Sequence record: OZ336096.1
Source of the DNA: a phage
DNA length: 64,000 nt
Strand: one strand, 5' to 3'
Part shown: one piece after another, positions 18,384 through 28,929 of the stretch
Layout: each line of letters begins with the position of its first letter
Numbering within the stretch: the first letter of the stretch is position 1
Program-made: the position numbers and the translations under genes
Notes under the pieces: model-generated
Told to the model about the DNA's origin: nothing
Database searches by the model: none
Seen by the model: the letters and a program-made list of their open reading frames with translations, nothing else

Positions 18384-20618
18384 ATGATTAAGACAATTAA
18401 AAAATCAAACGGTACAGTAGTAAGCTTTGACCCAGAAAGACTGAATAAGTGGGCATCATGGGCAGATAAACGTGGAATTATCTGGTCAGAAGTCACTATG
18501 GAAGCTATGAAACGTGTCTATGAGGGTTGCACTACAAAAGAGATGCACCAAGCCATGATTGATGTTTGTGTTGATAAGCAAACTCAAGAGTACTCAGATA
18601 TGGCTGGACGACTACTTCTGGGTATTATCTACAAAGAAGCCTTTGGAGGCTTTACTAAGGTTCCTACACTTATTACCTTCGTTAAAAATATGGAGAGAGC
18701 AGGACTTTGGGAGAAGATGGATTATTCACAGGAAGAGCTTGAATACCTGCAAGGTTACATCGTGCACTCAAAAGATATCTCTTACGGTTATGCAGTATTG
18801 AAACAGTTCAGAGACAAGTATGGTATCCGTGATATTAAAACAGGAAGACTTTTTGAGTCACCACAATTTATGTTTATGGGTATGGCTATGAAAGCCTTTG
18901 AGAAGCAACCAAAGCACCGTAGACTGCAAGATGTTATCAAGCTGTACACTTACCTATCTGACCTGAAGATTAACGCTCCTACGCCTTATTTAAATGGTTT
19001 AAGAGCCACCAAGTCAGGCTATGCGTCATGCTGTTTGATTAAGGCAAATGACACTGCCGAATCTCTCGGTATTGCTGCAAAGGTTGCTTATGATATGACT
19101 ACAAAGCAAGCCGGTATTGGTATGCTGATGGAGACACGTACTATTGGTGATGGTATCCGTCAAAACACGATTGAGCACATGGGTAAGCTACCTTATTACA
19201 AGCTTGTACGTTCATCTGTAGAGGCAAACAAACAGAAGAGTCGTGGTGGTTCAGCTAATAACTTCTACACTGCTCTAGACCCTCAGATTGAAGATTTACT
19301 GCGTTTGAAGCACCCTACAACGGTTCCTTCTAAACGTATTAACGAGATGGACTACTCATTCGGCACAAACGATTATTTCTGGCAGTGTGTTCAGTATGAT
19401 ACAGATTGGTTGCTGTTCTCTTACAAAGATGCACCAAAACTCTATGACATGTTCTACACAGCATCTGCTGATGAGTTTGCTATGGCAGTTGGTCACGCAG
19501 TACATTCAGGAGTTAAGCACAGACGAGTCAAGGCTCGTGAAATTGCTAAGCTGTTTATTCAACAGCGTTATGCTACAGGTCGTGTGTATCCATTCTTCAC
19601 TAACAATGCAAACACACATACACCATTTAAAGAACCATTGAAGATGTCAAACCTTTGCATGGAAATTGTATTACCAGTGTATGGGTTTGAGAAAGAGACA
19701 GACCTTTACAGAGACGATGCTGTGAAAGAGGATGGTGAGGTGGCTCTTTGCTTCCTAGCTAGTTTGGTTGCAGGGAGAATTTCAGAAGATGAATACGCTG
19801 ACGTTGCTTATTATGCTCTTGCAATGGTTGACTCCGTTATTGACCTTATGGATTATCCGTATCCGTCGATGCGTAACCATGTTCAGAAGCGTCGTTCTGT
19901 TGGGATTGGCCTTACAAATGTGGCTCATTACCTTGCGAAGAACTACGTGAACTACTCTTCACGAGCAGGTAAAACGAAACTTCATGAACTTGCAGAGATG
20001 CACTCTTACTATCTGCATGAAGCTTCTCTGAGACTTGCTAAAGAGCGTGGCGTTCCAGAGTACATGAAGTTCACTAAGTATCCTGAAGGCTGGGTTCCCC
20101 CAAAGACAGCTAACAAGAAGATTGATGAAAAGCATGATGCAAAACTACGATATGATTGGGATGACTTAGCACAACGTATCAAAGAAAATGGTGGAATCCG
20201 AAACTCTGTATTAGAAGCTTACATGCCTAATGAGAGTTCCTCACTAGCAACTAATACGACAAATGGCTTGTACCCAATTCGTGACTTTATTTTAACTAAA
20301 AAGTCTGCAACTGGTAACGTACTGTTTATTGTTCCAGATTACGAAGAGTTGAAGTATGTCTATGAGATTGCTTGGGATATTGACACCTTTGATATGATTG
20401 ATTGTTATGCAATTGTTCAAAAGTTCACTGGTCAAGCTATCTCTTCAGACTTCTATGTTGACTATGCAAAAGCTAAGAAGGTATCATTGGCTCAAGCTTT
20501 GAAGTACATGATTTATGCCAACTCAGTAGGTATGAAAACCATGTACTACCTTAACAGTCGCATCGGTGTAGGTAAATCTGCACTGCAAGATGCTTATTGC
20601 GAGGGTTGTGGTGTTTAG
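18384..20618 (+). CDS. nrdA: ribonucleoside-diphosphate reductase alpha subunit (class Ia)
   Basis: 744 aa; N-terminal ATP-cone, NLCMEI active-site region, C-terminal CEGCGV cysteine pair. Confidence 0.9.
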   Translation: MIKTIKKSNGTVVSFDPERLNKWASWADKRGIIWSEVTMEAMKRVYEGCTTKEMHQAMIDVCVDKQTQEYSDMAGRLLLGIIYKEAFGGFTKVPTLITFVKNMERAGLWEKMDYSQEELEYLQGYIVHSKDISYGYAVLKQFRDKYGIRDIKTGRLFESPQFMFMGMAMKAFEKQPKHRRLQDVIKLYTYLSDLKINAPTPYLNGLRATKSGYASCCLIKANDTAESLGIAAKVAYDMTTKQAGIGMLMETRTIGDGIRQNTIEHMGKLPYYKLVRSSVEANKQKSRGGSANNFYTALDPQIEDLLRLKHPTTVPSKRINEMDYSFGTNDYFWQCVQYDTDWLLFSYKDAPKLYDMFYTASADEFAMAVGHAVHSGVKHRRVKAREIAKLFIQQRYATGRVYPFFTNNANTHTPFKEPLKMSNLCMEIVLPVYGFEKETDLYRDDAVKEDGEVALCFLASLVAGRISEDEYADVAYYALAMVDSVIDLMDYPYPSMRNHVQKRRSVGIGLTNVAHYLAKNYVNYSSRAGKTKLHELAEMHSYYLHEASLRLAKERGVPEYMKFTKYPEGWVPPKTANKKIDEKHDAKLRYDWDDLAQRIKENGGIRNSVLEAYMPNESSSLATNTTNGLYPIRDFILTKKSATGNVLFIVPDYEELKYVYEIAWDIDTFDMIDCYAIVQKFTGQAISSDFYVDYAKAKKVSLAQALKYMIYANSVGMKTMYYLNSRIGVGKSALQDAYCEGCGV

Positions 20619-20673
20619 TTTTAATAACTATGAGGGTCGTAAAAGACCCTCTAAAATTAACTTTGGAGAAACT

Positions 20674-20931
20674 ATGAAAGACCTAATAGAAAAACATGAG
20701 AGACCAATATACTTGTTCTACAAACCCCGCAAAACATTATACTACGTGAGCAGCACAGGCATCATGATAAAGCAGAATGATGACTTATGGGTAACTGGAG
20801 CCTCTTACATCTCTACAGCAGATGGTAAAATCTACGCAAGACCTTACGAGATGTTCAATGAAGAAAATTGGGAAGTTTTAGACAGAAAACAAGCCTTAGA
20901 GATGATAAAGAAAGGAGAAATCACACTATGA
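20674..20931 (+). CDS. hypothetical protein
   Basis: ORF 20590-20931 trimmed to ATG 20674 with GGAGAAA RBS; stop overlaps nrdB start (ATGA). Confidence 0.4.
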   Translation: MKDLIEKHERPIYLFYKPRKTLYYVSSTGIMIKQNDDLWVTGASYISTADGKIYARPYEMFNEENWEVLDRKQALEMIKKGEITL

Positions 20932-22001
20932 TTAACCAACACCCAATCTTTTTAGGTGGTGAAAGAAAAACATTTGACTCCCTTAATAAACACTACCCAA
21001 AAATCTTTGAGCTATACAAACAACAAAAAGCGCAAGACTGGTCAGAAGATGAGTTCCCTTTTGAACAATCACGTCTTGATTTTGAGAGTGTGCCAGCATC
21101 AATGTCAGGTGTAATGCTTGAGATTCTTAAGTGGCAGTGGGAAGCAGATACCCAAGTTGCTAAGAGTTTAGCGTTTGCCTTTGCACCATTTATCTCTGAT
21201 GACATTTATGCAACTGCAATTATGAAGCAGTCTGAGATTGAAAACCTACATGCTCTCACTTACTCGGAGATTGTAAGGCAATGTATTAAAAACCCTGAAA
21301 CAATCTTAGATGAGATTAACCAGAATATTGCTGTGCAAGACCGATTAAAAACTGTGAATCGTGTTCTTGAAGAATTGCTGGACGAAGGTATAAACTATCG
21401 GCTGAGTTATGTCCGTGACTCACTTCTGGACAAAGACCCTTTACACTTCCATAAAGTGATTTTAAAAGGTCTATTTGCAGTGACTGCACTTGAAGGTATA
21501 TCTTTTATGGCATCCTTTGCGTGTACTTTTGCACTTGATGCTCAAGATAAATTTCAAGGTATTGCTCAAGCTGTCCAGAAGATTATGCTTGATGAAATCC
21601 TTCACACTAAAATTGATATTGAAGTTTTAAAAGAAACTTTAAGAGATGATGAGTGGCAGAAAGCTTTTCAACAAATTCTTCCAGAGATTAAAGTAATCTT
21701 AGATGAAGTAGTTGAAAGTGAAGAGAAATGGTCGTATTATATCTTCTCCGAAGGACGTGCTGTAGTTGGCTTAAATACAAAGCTTCTTCATGAGTGGGTT
21801 TACTATAATGCTGCCCCATTGTATGATATGTTTGGCATTCCCAGAGATTTTGTAGCTCCTAAAGAACCACCTTTAAAGTACATGATTAAGAAGATGGAAA
21901 TTGATAAAGAGCAGAATGCTAATCAGGAGCAACAGAACGGTGCGTACCTATTGAATACTGTTGTAGATGATTTGAATAGTGGATTTTTAGAGGTTCCTTA
22001 A
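20928..22001 (+). CDS. nrdB: ribonucleoside-diphosphate reductase beta subunit
   Basis: Follows nrdA; EGISFMASF and DEILHTKID iron-ligand-like motifs; start at ATG 20928 after AAAGGAG. Confidence 0.8.
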   Translation: MINQHPIFLGGERKTFDSLNKHYPKIFELYKQQKAQDWSEDEFPFEQSRLDFESVPASMSGVMLEILKWQWEADTQVAKSLAFAFAPFISDDIYATAIMKQSEIENLHALTYSEIVRQCIKNPETILDEINQNIAVQDRLKTVNRVLEELLDEGINYRLSYVRDSLLDKDPLHFHKVILKGLFAVTALEGISFMASFACTFALDAQDKFQGIAQAVQKIMLDEILHTKIDIEVLKETLRDDEWQKAFQQILPEIKVILDEVVESEEKWSYYIFSEGRAVVGLNTKLLHEWVYYNAAPLYDMFGIPRDFVAPKEPPLKYMIKKMEIDKEQNANQEQQNGAYLLNTVVDDLNSGFLEVP

Positions 22002-22243
22002 TGACTTATGTAATTTACTCCAAAACTGGATGCCCTCAGTGTGAGACTGCAAAGAATTTTGCAAAAGCTCGTGGTATTGACCATGTTGTGAGAATGTTAG
22101 GGCAGGACTATGAACTATCAGACCTGATGGATATTGCACAGATGCCAGTTCGTCAGATGCCGTTCATCATGAAAACTGATGGACAAAACCTAAAACCTGT
22201 TGGGACGCTACAGAATTTTATGGCAGAGGTGAATAATGCTTAA
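22001..22243 (+). CDS. nrdH: glutaredoxin-like protein
   Basis: 80 aa; CPQC redox motif near N-terminus (MTYVIYSKTGCPQCETAK). Confidence 0.75.
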   Translation: MTYVIYSKTGCPQCETAKNFAKARGIDHVVRMLGQDYELSDLMDIAQMPVRQMPFIMKTDGQNLKPVGTLQNFMAEVNNA

Positions 22244-22442
22244 ACGCATTTGGGAAGGTTTGGTTGTTGATGCACCAGCTATTGTGATTGGTATGCTTAT
22301 TGTTAACCTATTTACTGACTTTGAACAAGGTTTGTTGTTTGGAGTCATGTTACTATGGGTTATATTTGAAATCCTAGAGATACATCTGGGCATCACCGAA
22401 AAGTTAAGAAAACTCTTTGTGAAGTTTTCTAAAAAGATTTAA
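22236..22442 (+). CDS. small membrane protein (hypothetical)
   Basis: 68 aa, hydrophobic. Confidence 0.4.
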   Translation: MLKRIWEGLVVDAPAIVIGMLIVNLFTDFEQGLLFGVMLLWVIFEILEIHLGITEKLRKLFVKFSKKI

Positions 22443-22449
22443 AATGAAA

Positions 22450-22476
22450 GGGTCTCTTCGGAGACCTTTTTAGCAT
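22450..22476 (+). terminator. intrinsic terminator
   Basis: GGGTCTCTTCGGAGACC hairpin followed by TTTTT. Confidence 0.55.
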
Positions 22477-22490
22477 GTAAAGGGGCAATA

Positions 22491-23687
22491 ATGAACAAAG
22501 TACAAATTATTAAAAAGAATGGCTCACTTGAAGAACCGGATATCAAAAAAGTTTTAGTAGCAGTCACAAAGTCAGCTAACAGGGTTGGTTATAAAGAGCT
22601 TCCACCAGATGTTACTCAAGCCCTTGAGTCAGCATTTATGAGGATTCTGGTAAAATCTACTAAGCAGAATAATTTACTCGTTTCAGTAAATGATATTCAC
22701 AGTATTGTTGAAGGTGCTTTGGCAGAGGTCAATCACGAGATTTATGAGTCTTACTCAACATACAGAAATTACCGTAAAGAGGTTGCTCAAAATTGGGACG
22801 AACTCTACCAGAAGACTAAAGATACACTCTTCTTAGGTGACCGTGAAAATGCTAACTTTGACAGCAGTTTAATTTCTACGAAAGGTTCAATTATCCGTGG
22901 TTACCTGACTAAAGAAATCTTTAAACAGTATCATCTAACACCAGAGGAACTTGAAGCCATTGAGAAAGGCTTTATCTATATCCACGATTTGAGAGACCTG
23001 ATTTTTGGTGGTATTAACTGTTGCCTGTTTGACATTGGTAAAGTACTAAAAGGTGGCTTTGAAATGTCCGGCATTGAGTACTGTGAACCTAAATCTGTAC
23101 TGTCAGCGTTGCAGGTTATCGGTGACGTAGTACTTTCAGCAACTGCACAGCAATTTGGTGGATTTACTTTAGCAGAGATTGATAAGGTACTTGTACCGTA
23201 TGCTAAGAAGTCTCTACGCTATCATGCTGAGAAAGCAGCATCTTACGGTATTCCTAAAGAACATTACCATAATTATGTCATGGAGCAGCTACAGATTGAA
23301 TTAACTCAAGGTTTCCAGTCACTAGAGATGAAGCTAAATACTGTACCTTGTAGCCGTGGTGATTTCGCATTCACAACTTTAACATTTGGTTTACTTGACT
23401 CAGACATGTCTAATGAAGACAACCGACTACAATACATGATTGCAAACACCATTCTTGATGTTCGCATGAATGGACAAGGTAAGAGCAAGAAGCCTGTTGT
23501 ATTCCCTAAACTGGTTTATATTCATGACCAGAAGAGACACGATGAGAATATCTGTCAAGGTCAACTGTACAGTAAAGCTATTGAGTGTTGCTCTAAAGCT
23601 ATGTATCCAGATTTCTTAAGTGTATCTGGTCATGGTGCTGTAGCAGAGGCTTTTGAGCGTTCTGGCAAGGTAATTTCACCGATGGGT
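22491..23687 (+). CDS. nrdD: anaerobic ribonucleoside-triphosphate reductase, exon 1
   Basis: N-terminal ATP-cone; ORF ends ..VISPMG followed by in-frame TAA that I interpret as the first codon of the intron. Confidence 0.8.
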
Positions 23688-24003
23688 TAACAGGCTCTAT
23701 AGCTCATCTAAAACGTGCCTAAACAGGGAAACTCTACAGATGTAGACAATCCTGTGCTAAATGATGTACGATGTAAGAAACTATACAACATAGGAGTCTT
23801 ACATGCCAAATAACTTCGAATATGAGTTTGAATACATCTAAATGCCGAACGACTAACCGTGATGAATGTAGCGGTGTAGGGTCAAGCGACTCGAAATGGT
23901 ACGCTACTTAGAAATAAGTAGAAGATATAGTCTGGACTTACTGGCGACAGTAAGCAGCTTGAATAAAGCGGGGTAAGCTTAGCGAACTTACCTGAACAAC
24001 AAG
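23688..24003 (+). other. group I intron (ORF-less) interrupting nrdD
   Basis: 316 nt between exons; exon 1 ends in T, intron ends in G; contains GACAATCCTGTGCTAAAT, GGGTCAAGCGACTCGAAATGG, AGATATAGTCTGG, GGGGTAAG..CCTGAACAACAAG, which closely resemble core elements of the T4 td/nrdD introns as I remember them. Confidence 0.75.
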
Positions 24004-24951
24004 TGTAGAGCGTTTTTATCACCATACCATAACGAATATGGTGAAGAGTTTTATGTAGGTCGTGCTAATATTGGTGCTGTATCTTTGAACTTACCAATGA
24101 TTTACCAGTATTCTAAAGAGAATGGTTTAGATTTCTGGAAAGAGCTTGATAAGTACCTAGAGATGATTCGCAGCTTCCACAAGAAACGCTACGAAATGAT
24201 TGCTAATATGCCAGCAAGTTCTAACCCTCTTGCATTTACACAAGGTGGTCTGTACAAAGGGACTAAGAAACCTACTGATAAGGTTGGCTGGGATATTGTG
24301 AAGTCCTTCACAGCTTCTTTTGGGGTTACTGCACTAGACGAGCTATCTGTTCTTGCTGAAGGTAAGCGACTTCATGAAGTTGGAAGCTGTAGTTTTGCAT
24401 ATGATGTTCTGGAATATATCAACATAAAGACTGAAGAGTTTAAAAATGAAGATGGTTTCTTATATGCAGTCTATGGCACTCCAGCAGAATCACTTTGTGG
24501 AACTCAGCTAAAACAGTTCAGAGATATGTTTGGCGTTATCAAAGGTGTTTCTGATAAAGAATACTTTACAAATAGTTTCCATATGAATGTTGCAGCAGAC
24601 ATTACACCATTTGAGAAGCAGGACTTAGAAGAACCTTTCTTCCATATCTGTAGAGGTGGCAGAATCCAGTATGTAAGGGTAGCTAACCCAGAAAACTTAC
24701 CAGCACTTAAAAGTTGTATTACAAGAGGGATGTTGAAAGGTTTCTATCAGGGACTTAACTTTGACTTAGCAATCTGTGAACATTGTGGTAACAGACCAAA
24801 GGCTGATGTTGAAGAATGTGAGGTTTGCCATTCACACGATATCTCTGTGATTAACAGGGTGTGTGGGTACTTGTCATTCACAAAAATTAAAGGTCAGTCT
24901 CGAATGAATGACGCTAAGATGGCAGAAATTAAGGATAGGGTTTCTATGTAA
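24004..24951 (+). CDS. nrdD: anaerobic ribonucleoside-triphosphate reductase, exon 2
   Basis: Frame open from 23998; CRAFLSPY..FYVGRANIGAVSLNLP; C-terminal Zn site CEHCGN..CEVCHSHD and glycyl-radical motif RVCGYL. Confidence 0.8.
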   Translation, partial: CRAFLSPYHNEYGEEFYVGRANIGAVSLNLPMIYQYSKENGLDFWKELDKYLEMIRSFHKKRYEMIANMPASSNPLAFTQGGLYKGTKKPTDKVGWDIVKSFTASFGVTALDELSVLAEGKRLHEVGSCSFAYDVLEYINIKTEEFKNEDGFLYAVYGTPAESLCGTQLKQFRDMFGVIKGVSDKEYFTNSFHMNVAADITPFEKQDLEEPFFHICRGGRIQYVRVANPENLPALKSCITRGMLKGFYQGLNFDLAICEHCGNRPKADVEECEVCHSHDISVINRVCGYLSFTKIKGQSRMNDAKMAEIKDRVSM

Positions 24952-25013
24952 AACTTGACAAGGTGATGTGGGTCTTGATAGGCTTGCATCACCTTTTTAT
25001 TTGGAGTTACACT

Positions 25014-25349
25014 ATGGACTTGTGGCTTTATGTAGCAGTTTGTGGGATTGCATGTCTGATAATCTTATTTATTCTTGGAGTAATGCGATTTAGAGACATC
25101 ATACAGTCAGATTTTTTGCCTGAGTTTGCCATGATAGTTGGGGTTATTATACTTTGTGTCTTGGCGGTGTTCTATTCGTACAAAACTGTGATATGGATGG
25201 ATGCAAACAATTGTGTAAAAACTCATCAACATCGTGAGGTTACTTATTTTGTAAGTGTACTTAGTGGGAACACCACTATACTTGTCCCACAAACTTCTGT
25301 AGAGTATCTTTACACATGTGATAATGGTAAAACTATATGGTGGAATTAA
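25014..25349 (+). CDS. small membrane protein (hypothetical)
   Basis: ORF trimmed to ATG 25014; hydrophobic segments. Confidence 0.4.
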   Translation: MDLWLYVAVCGIACLIILFILGVMRFRDIIQSDFLPEFAMIVGVIILCVLAVFYSYKTVIWMDANNCVKTHQHREVTYFVSVLSGNTTILVPQTSVEYLYTCDNGKTIWWN

Positions 25350-25552
25350 CAATGACAACACTCTTGAAAGCATTGACACCCATACTACATATAGCAGTCT
25401 TCTTCTTTGGGGTTAGTGTTATGGTATGGGGTTTTTCAGACCCACAATGGAGTTTCTCATATCATGGTCAGATGGATTTATGGTCATGTTTCAAACCATT
25501 TTTAGGGTTAGCTATAGCATTCAGTGCATTACCAACTAAGGTGAAATTATGA
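25337..25552 (+). CDS. small membrane protein (hypothetical)
   Basis: 71 aa hydrophobic ORF. Confidence 0.4.
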   Translation: MVELTMTTLLKALTPILHIAVFFFGVSVMVWGFSDPQWSFSYHGQMDLWSCFKPFLGLAIAFSALPTKVKL

Positions 25553-25944
25553 TTAAGTTGAACCAAAAACAGTTAGAGTGGATTAAAGATTATGCCTCAG
25601 AGTGTGGCTCTTGCGAAAAGAGTCACGTAAGATACTCAACATTCCACACGGTATTCACACTGTATGTCAGCGACAACGTTCTAAGTGATTCTGTAGAAGA
25701 TGGTGTAGCATTGCCTAATGAATTGCTTGACAAATTAGCTGTAGTTACTGGAACGTGGAGTGAAGAAGATGGTCACGAGCTATCTGACGATGTTGTCTTC
25801 TACAGTCTTGAAAACATTATGAATCCAGAGTACATTATGCTAATGACTTGTGCACAAGATTTTGTACCATTACAAAACTTCATTAAAGAGCACTGTGAAG
25901 AGTTTATTACTAAACAGGTTCCTTGTCAGGTGGTGTTTGAATGA
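25549..25944 (+). CDS. hypothetical protein
   Basis: 131 aa ORF, overlapping start/stop with neighbours. Confidence 0.45.
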   Translation: MIKLNQKQLEWIKDYASECGSCEKSHVRYSTFHTVFTLYVSDNVLSDSVEDGVALPNELLDKLAVVTGTWSEEDGHELSDDVVFYSLENIMNPEYIMLMTCAQDFVPLQNFIKEHCEEFITKQVPCQVVFE

Positions 25945-26240
25945 GTAAAACAATTCGAAGAAAAGGTTTAAAGAACGTTCATGGACTCTATGAGTGGAGA
26001 AATAAGGTACGTAACAGAGAAAATGCTTCAGAGGTCTACTACCACTCTGATATGATGTCCAGAAAAGGTGGCTCTTACGACTTCACAAGTCAGCCTTGTA
26101 GAGAGATTAAGAAGGCTACTAAACGTCTTACAAGAACACAAATCAGGCAGCTTCCTAAGACATCCTTCTTAGATGAAGACTTTGACATTGATAGCAAGTC
26201 TCCAAAGAAAGCTGCTAAGAACACTTATATGTATTGGTGA
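25941..26240 (+). CDS. hypothetical basic protein
   Basis: 99 aa ORF. Confidence 0.4.
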   Translation: MSKTIRRKGLKNVHGLYEWRNKVRNRENASEVYYHSDMMSRKGGSYDFTSQPCREIKKATKRLTRTQIRQLPKTSFLDEDFDIDSKSPKKAAKNTYMYW

Positions 26241-26249
26241 GGTAACTAG

Positions 26250-26735
26250 ATGAATTACATGGAGATTAGACCATTTGACACAGCTAATGGTGAAGGGGTT
26301 CGTGTAAGCCTCTTCGTAGCTGGTTGTAAGCATCACTGTGAAGGCTGCTTTAACAGGGAGTCTTGGAAGTTTAATGCTGGTAAAGAGTTTACTTATGCAA
26401 ACCTCTACGGAATCATCCAACTAATGGGTGATAATGCTGTCAGTGGTTTGTCAATACTTGGTGGAGAACCTCTGGATGATAGAAATATTCAAGAGGTTAC
26501 CAATATATGTAAACGTATTAAAACTGTTTACCCAGAGAAGTCTATCTGGCTCTGGACAGGTTTTCAGTTACACGAAAAGATTCACTTAGATGTGATGAAA
26601 TATGTTGACGTGGTGATTGATGGTAAGTATGATTCATCTAAACCAACAGTTAAACCATATCGTGGTTCTAATAACCAAAACCTCTGGAGAAAAGAGTATG
26701 GGTGGCAAGGTGATTGTCAGTGGAGAGCCGAGTAA
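26250..26735 (+). CDS. nrdG: anaerobic ribonucleotide reductase activating protein (radical SAM)
   Basis: 161 aa; CKHHCEGC radical-SAM cluster motif. Confidence 0.8.
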   Translation: MNYMEIRPFDTANGEGVRVSLFVAGCKHHCEGCFNRESWKFNAGKEFTYANLYGIIQLMGDNAVSGLSILGGEPLDDRNIQEVTNICKRIKTVYPEKSIWLWTGFQLHEKIHLDVMKYVDVVIDGKYDSSKPTVKPYRGSNNQNLWRKEYGWQGDCQWRAE

Positions 26736-26772
26736 GTCTCGTCGTAAAGTAGGTTACGGAAAAGGTGAAATA

Positions 26773-27075
26773 ATGGTTCTTTCTTTTAACAGTGCTTTAT
26801 TAGGTACTTACAAAGTTAAGACCGAACTACTTGATGAATGGAGAAAGTATACAAACTCACTTTTCGGTAATGTTGGAATGGAAGCCTTAGCAGAGATTGA
26901 GAAGGCTGGAACCTTTGAAGTTGTTGGTAAAGGTCACTACACAATGTTCTACAAAACAAATTTAAACGTTGGTGACAGTATTGTTGGTGTCACTGAAGAA
27001 GAACTTAAAACATTTTGTGCAAAGATTGAGAGAGATATCAAATGGGAATCTGGAACAGTTTTAAATCAAAAGTAA
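26773..27075 (+). CDS. hypothetical protein
   Basis: ORF 26617-27075 trimmed to ATG 26773 after nrdG stop. Confidence 0.4.
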   Translation: MVLSFNSALLGTYKVKTELLDEWRKYTNSLFGNVGMEALAEIEKAGTFEVVGKGHYTMFYKTNLNVGDSIVGVTEEELKTFCAKIERDIKWESGTVLNQK

Positions 27076-27299
27076 AAGCAGCATTGGCATCACTAGGTAT
27101 GCTCACTGGTGTTGACGTTACTCATCTCATGCAGAACTTCAAGATGGATGAGAAACTAGCTAATGAGATTATGAAAAGCATCTATGTAGGTCGTGGAAAA
27201 GGTGGTAAAAAACAAGCACATCGACCAACTGGTGCAGCAGCAATTAAACGTGCAGCTAAAAAAGCTCGTAACCGTAAACGTAATAAGAAGGCTAAATAA
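27042..27299 (+). CDS. hypothetical basic protein
   Basis: 85 aa, Lys/Arg-rich C-terminus. Confidence 0.4.
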   Translation: MGIWNSFKSKVKAALASLGMLTGVDVTHLMQNFKMDEKLANEIMKSIYVGRGKGGKKQAHRPTGAAAIKRAAKKARNRKRNKKAK

Positions 27300-27301
27300 T
27301 C

Positions 27302-27622
27302 ATGAGCAAAGTTTATAACACTCGTAAATTACAGATTTTCGTACTGTGCCAGTTTATGGCTAAAGAGTATAACTGCTACTATTGCGGTACAGGGTTCATC
27401 AGTGATAATGACGGCTCATATCTACCATTCAAAGAAGCTGTAAAACTCTTTAATGAAGAGAAAAGCTCTAAGAAAGATATTGAAAAGGTTAAACTAACCT
27501 ACAGCAAGAAAGATAAGAAGATTATCTGCCTAGATAACTTTGTGAAAGTTACTGGAGAAGCAAAAGAGTTTATGGATGAGAGTGAGATTTCATTCACAAG
27601 CATCTTGAAAGTAGCTCAGTAA
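27302..27622 (+). CDS. hypothetical protein
   Basis: 106 aa ORF followed by terminator-like hairpin at ~27636-27660. Confidence 0.4.
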   Translation: MSKVYNTRKLQIFVLCQFMAKEYNCYYCGTGFISDNDGSYLPFKEAVKLFNEEKSSKKDIEKVKLTYSKKDKKIICLDNFVKVTGEAKEFMDESEISFTSILKVAQ

Positions 27623-27673
27623 ACAGATACTATAAGGGGACTGTAAAGGTTCCCTTTTTATTTTGGAGATAAT

Positions 27674-28189
27674 ATGTATCTGTCAAACCTAAAACGTTCT
27701 GCTGCAATGTCAGTGCTAAGACTCAGCTTTGAGGAACGTCAAGAGTTCATTGACTCCCACCAATACGACCCCTCAAACTCCAATCACATGATTCTCTGGA
27801 ATCGTGAAAGTACTCGTGAAAGAGCACTATTCCGTTATTACCCACACTACACTATAGATAACCTGTATGAATGTTTTGTTGTGAAGAACACCATTACAGT
27901 ACTCAATAAACTTTGCAGATACACAGGTAGTCAATCCTTCACATTAGGCCACCACAAACCTGTTACAAAGGGTGGTGAGCATCACTGTGCAAACTGGTTT
28001 ATCCAGACTAAACTTGATAACCAGAAGCAGGGAGATAACCTTCTAAGCACACCTAAGATGACCTACGAAGAACAAGAGAAATATATCAAAAATAATATGC
28101 CAGATGTGCTTGACAACAACTATACAGATTTGGCAATATCTCTCCTGTTGAAGTTCGAGACAGTTTATAGGGCAACTTACAATGGCTAA
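27674..28189 (+). CDS. HNH endonuclease
   Basis: 171 aa; LGHHKPVTKGGEHHCANWFIQTKLDNQKQGDN resembles an HNH/His-Me finger. Confidence 0.6.
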   Translation: MYLSNLKRSAAMSVLRLSFEERQEFIDSHQYDPSNSNHMILWNRESTRERALFRYYPHYTIDNLYECFVVKNTITVLNKLCRYTGSQSFTLGHHKPVTKGGEHHCANWFIQTKLDNQKQGDNLLSTPKMTYEEQEKYIKNNMPDVLDNNYTDLAISLLLKFETVYRATYNG

Positions 28190-28460
28190 AGAAAAGTGGG
28201 AGATTTTACCATTAGTCAGTGAAGGTGGTAATGGTTGTGAGATGTACATGATACGTGGTCATGTTCCAGAACCAATTGCACTTGAGATGGTAAACAACTT
28301 TACAGATGGTTCTTACAAAGACTTAGGAGAGCCAACTATAAAGCATCAATGGGTAAAACCTGTACCAGACAGCACAGGTAACTGTAGTGTACTTTACCAC
28401 GTTGTAGACCCTGTAAAATGCAAATCTGCAATGGCAGTAACAAACGTAACTTTTGATTGA
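28182..28460 (+). CDS. hypothetical protein
   Basis: 92 aa ORF. Confidence 0.4.
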   Translation: MAKEKWEILPLVSEGGNGCEMYMIRGHVPEPIALEMVNNFTDGSYKDLGEPTIKHQWVKPVPDSTGNCSVLYHVVDPVKCKSAMAVTNVTFD

Positions 28461-28469
28461 GAGAAAATT

Positions 28470-28925
28470 ATGATTTTTTGCAGCTTCCAAAAAAGAATTA
28501 TTGAGATTCTATACAATAAGTTTGGGACAGATAACACATTTGACTCAAATGAAGCTATTGAAGCCCTACAAGAAGGAAGTGATTACATCAAAAAACAGCC
28601 AATAGCAAACATCAGGTACTACTTGACTCAGATGAGAAAGTGGGGTGTGCTCATCGTGGTAGGACAGATTAAGCAACAAGGGAGGATGCTCATCAACCAA
28701 TTAAATAGAGGTTTTATTGAGAAGCACATTCAGCTAGACTATTTACTTAAAGAGCCACGAAACCAACGTGAAGAGCAGCAAAAAGACTTAAGTGGTGGTG
28801 TAGGTGTGTCTCCAGACATAAAATTCTTTATTGGTGAGTTGATGTTTGATACACTCCAAGATGCTGTTGAACACTGCAAAAAGTATGTTATCAAAGTAAA
28901 ACGTGCAAAAATTATTTGGGAGTAA
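28470..28925 (+). CDS. paralog family protein, member 1 (type A)
   Basis: 151 aa; shares C-terminal motif FFIGELMF..AVEHCKKYVIKVKRAKIIWE with three downstream genes. Confidence 0.55.
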   Translation: MIFCSFQKRIIEILYNKFGTDNTFDSNEAIEALQEGSDYIKKQPIANIRYYLTQMRKWGVLIVVGQIKQQGRMLINQLNRGFIEKHIQLDYLLKEPRNQREEQQKDLSGGVGVSPDIKFFIGELMFDTLQDAVEHCKKYVIKVKRAKIIWE

Positions 28926-28929
28926 TAAC

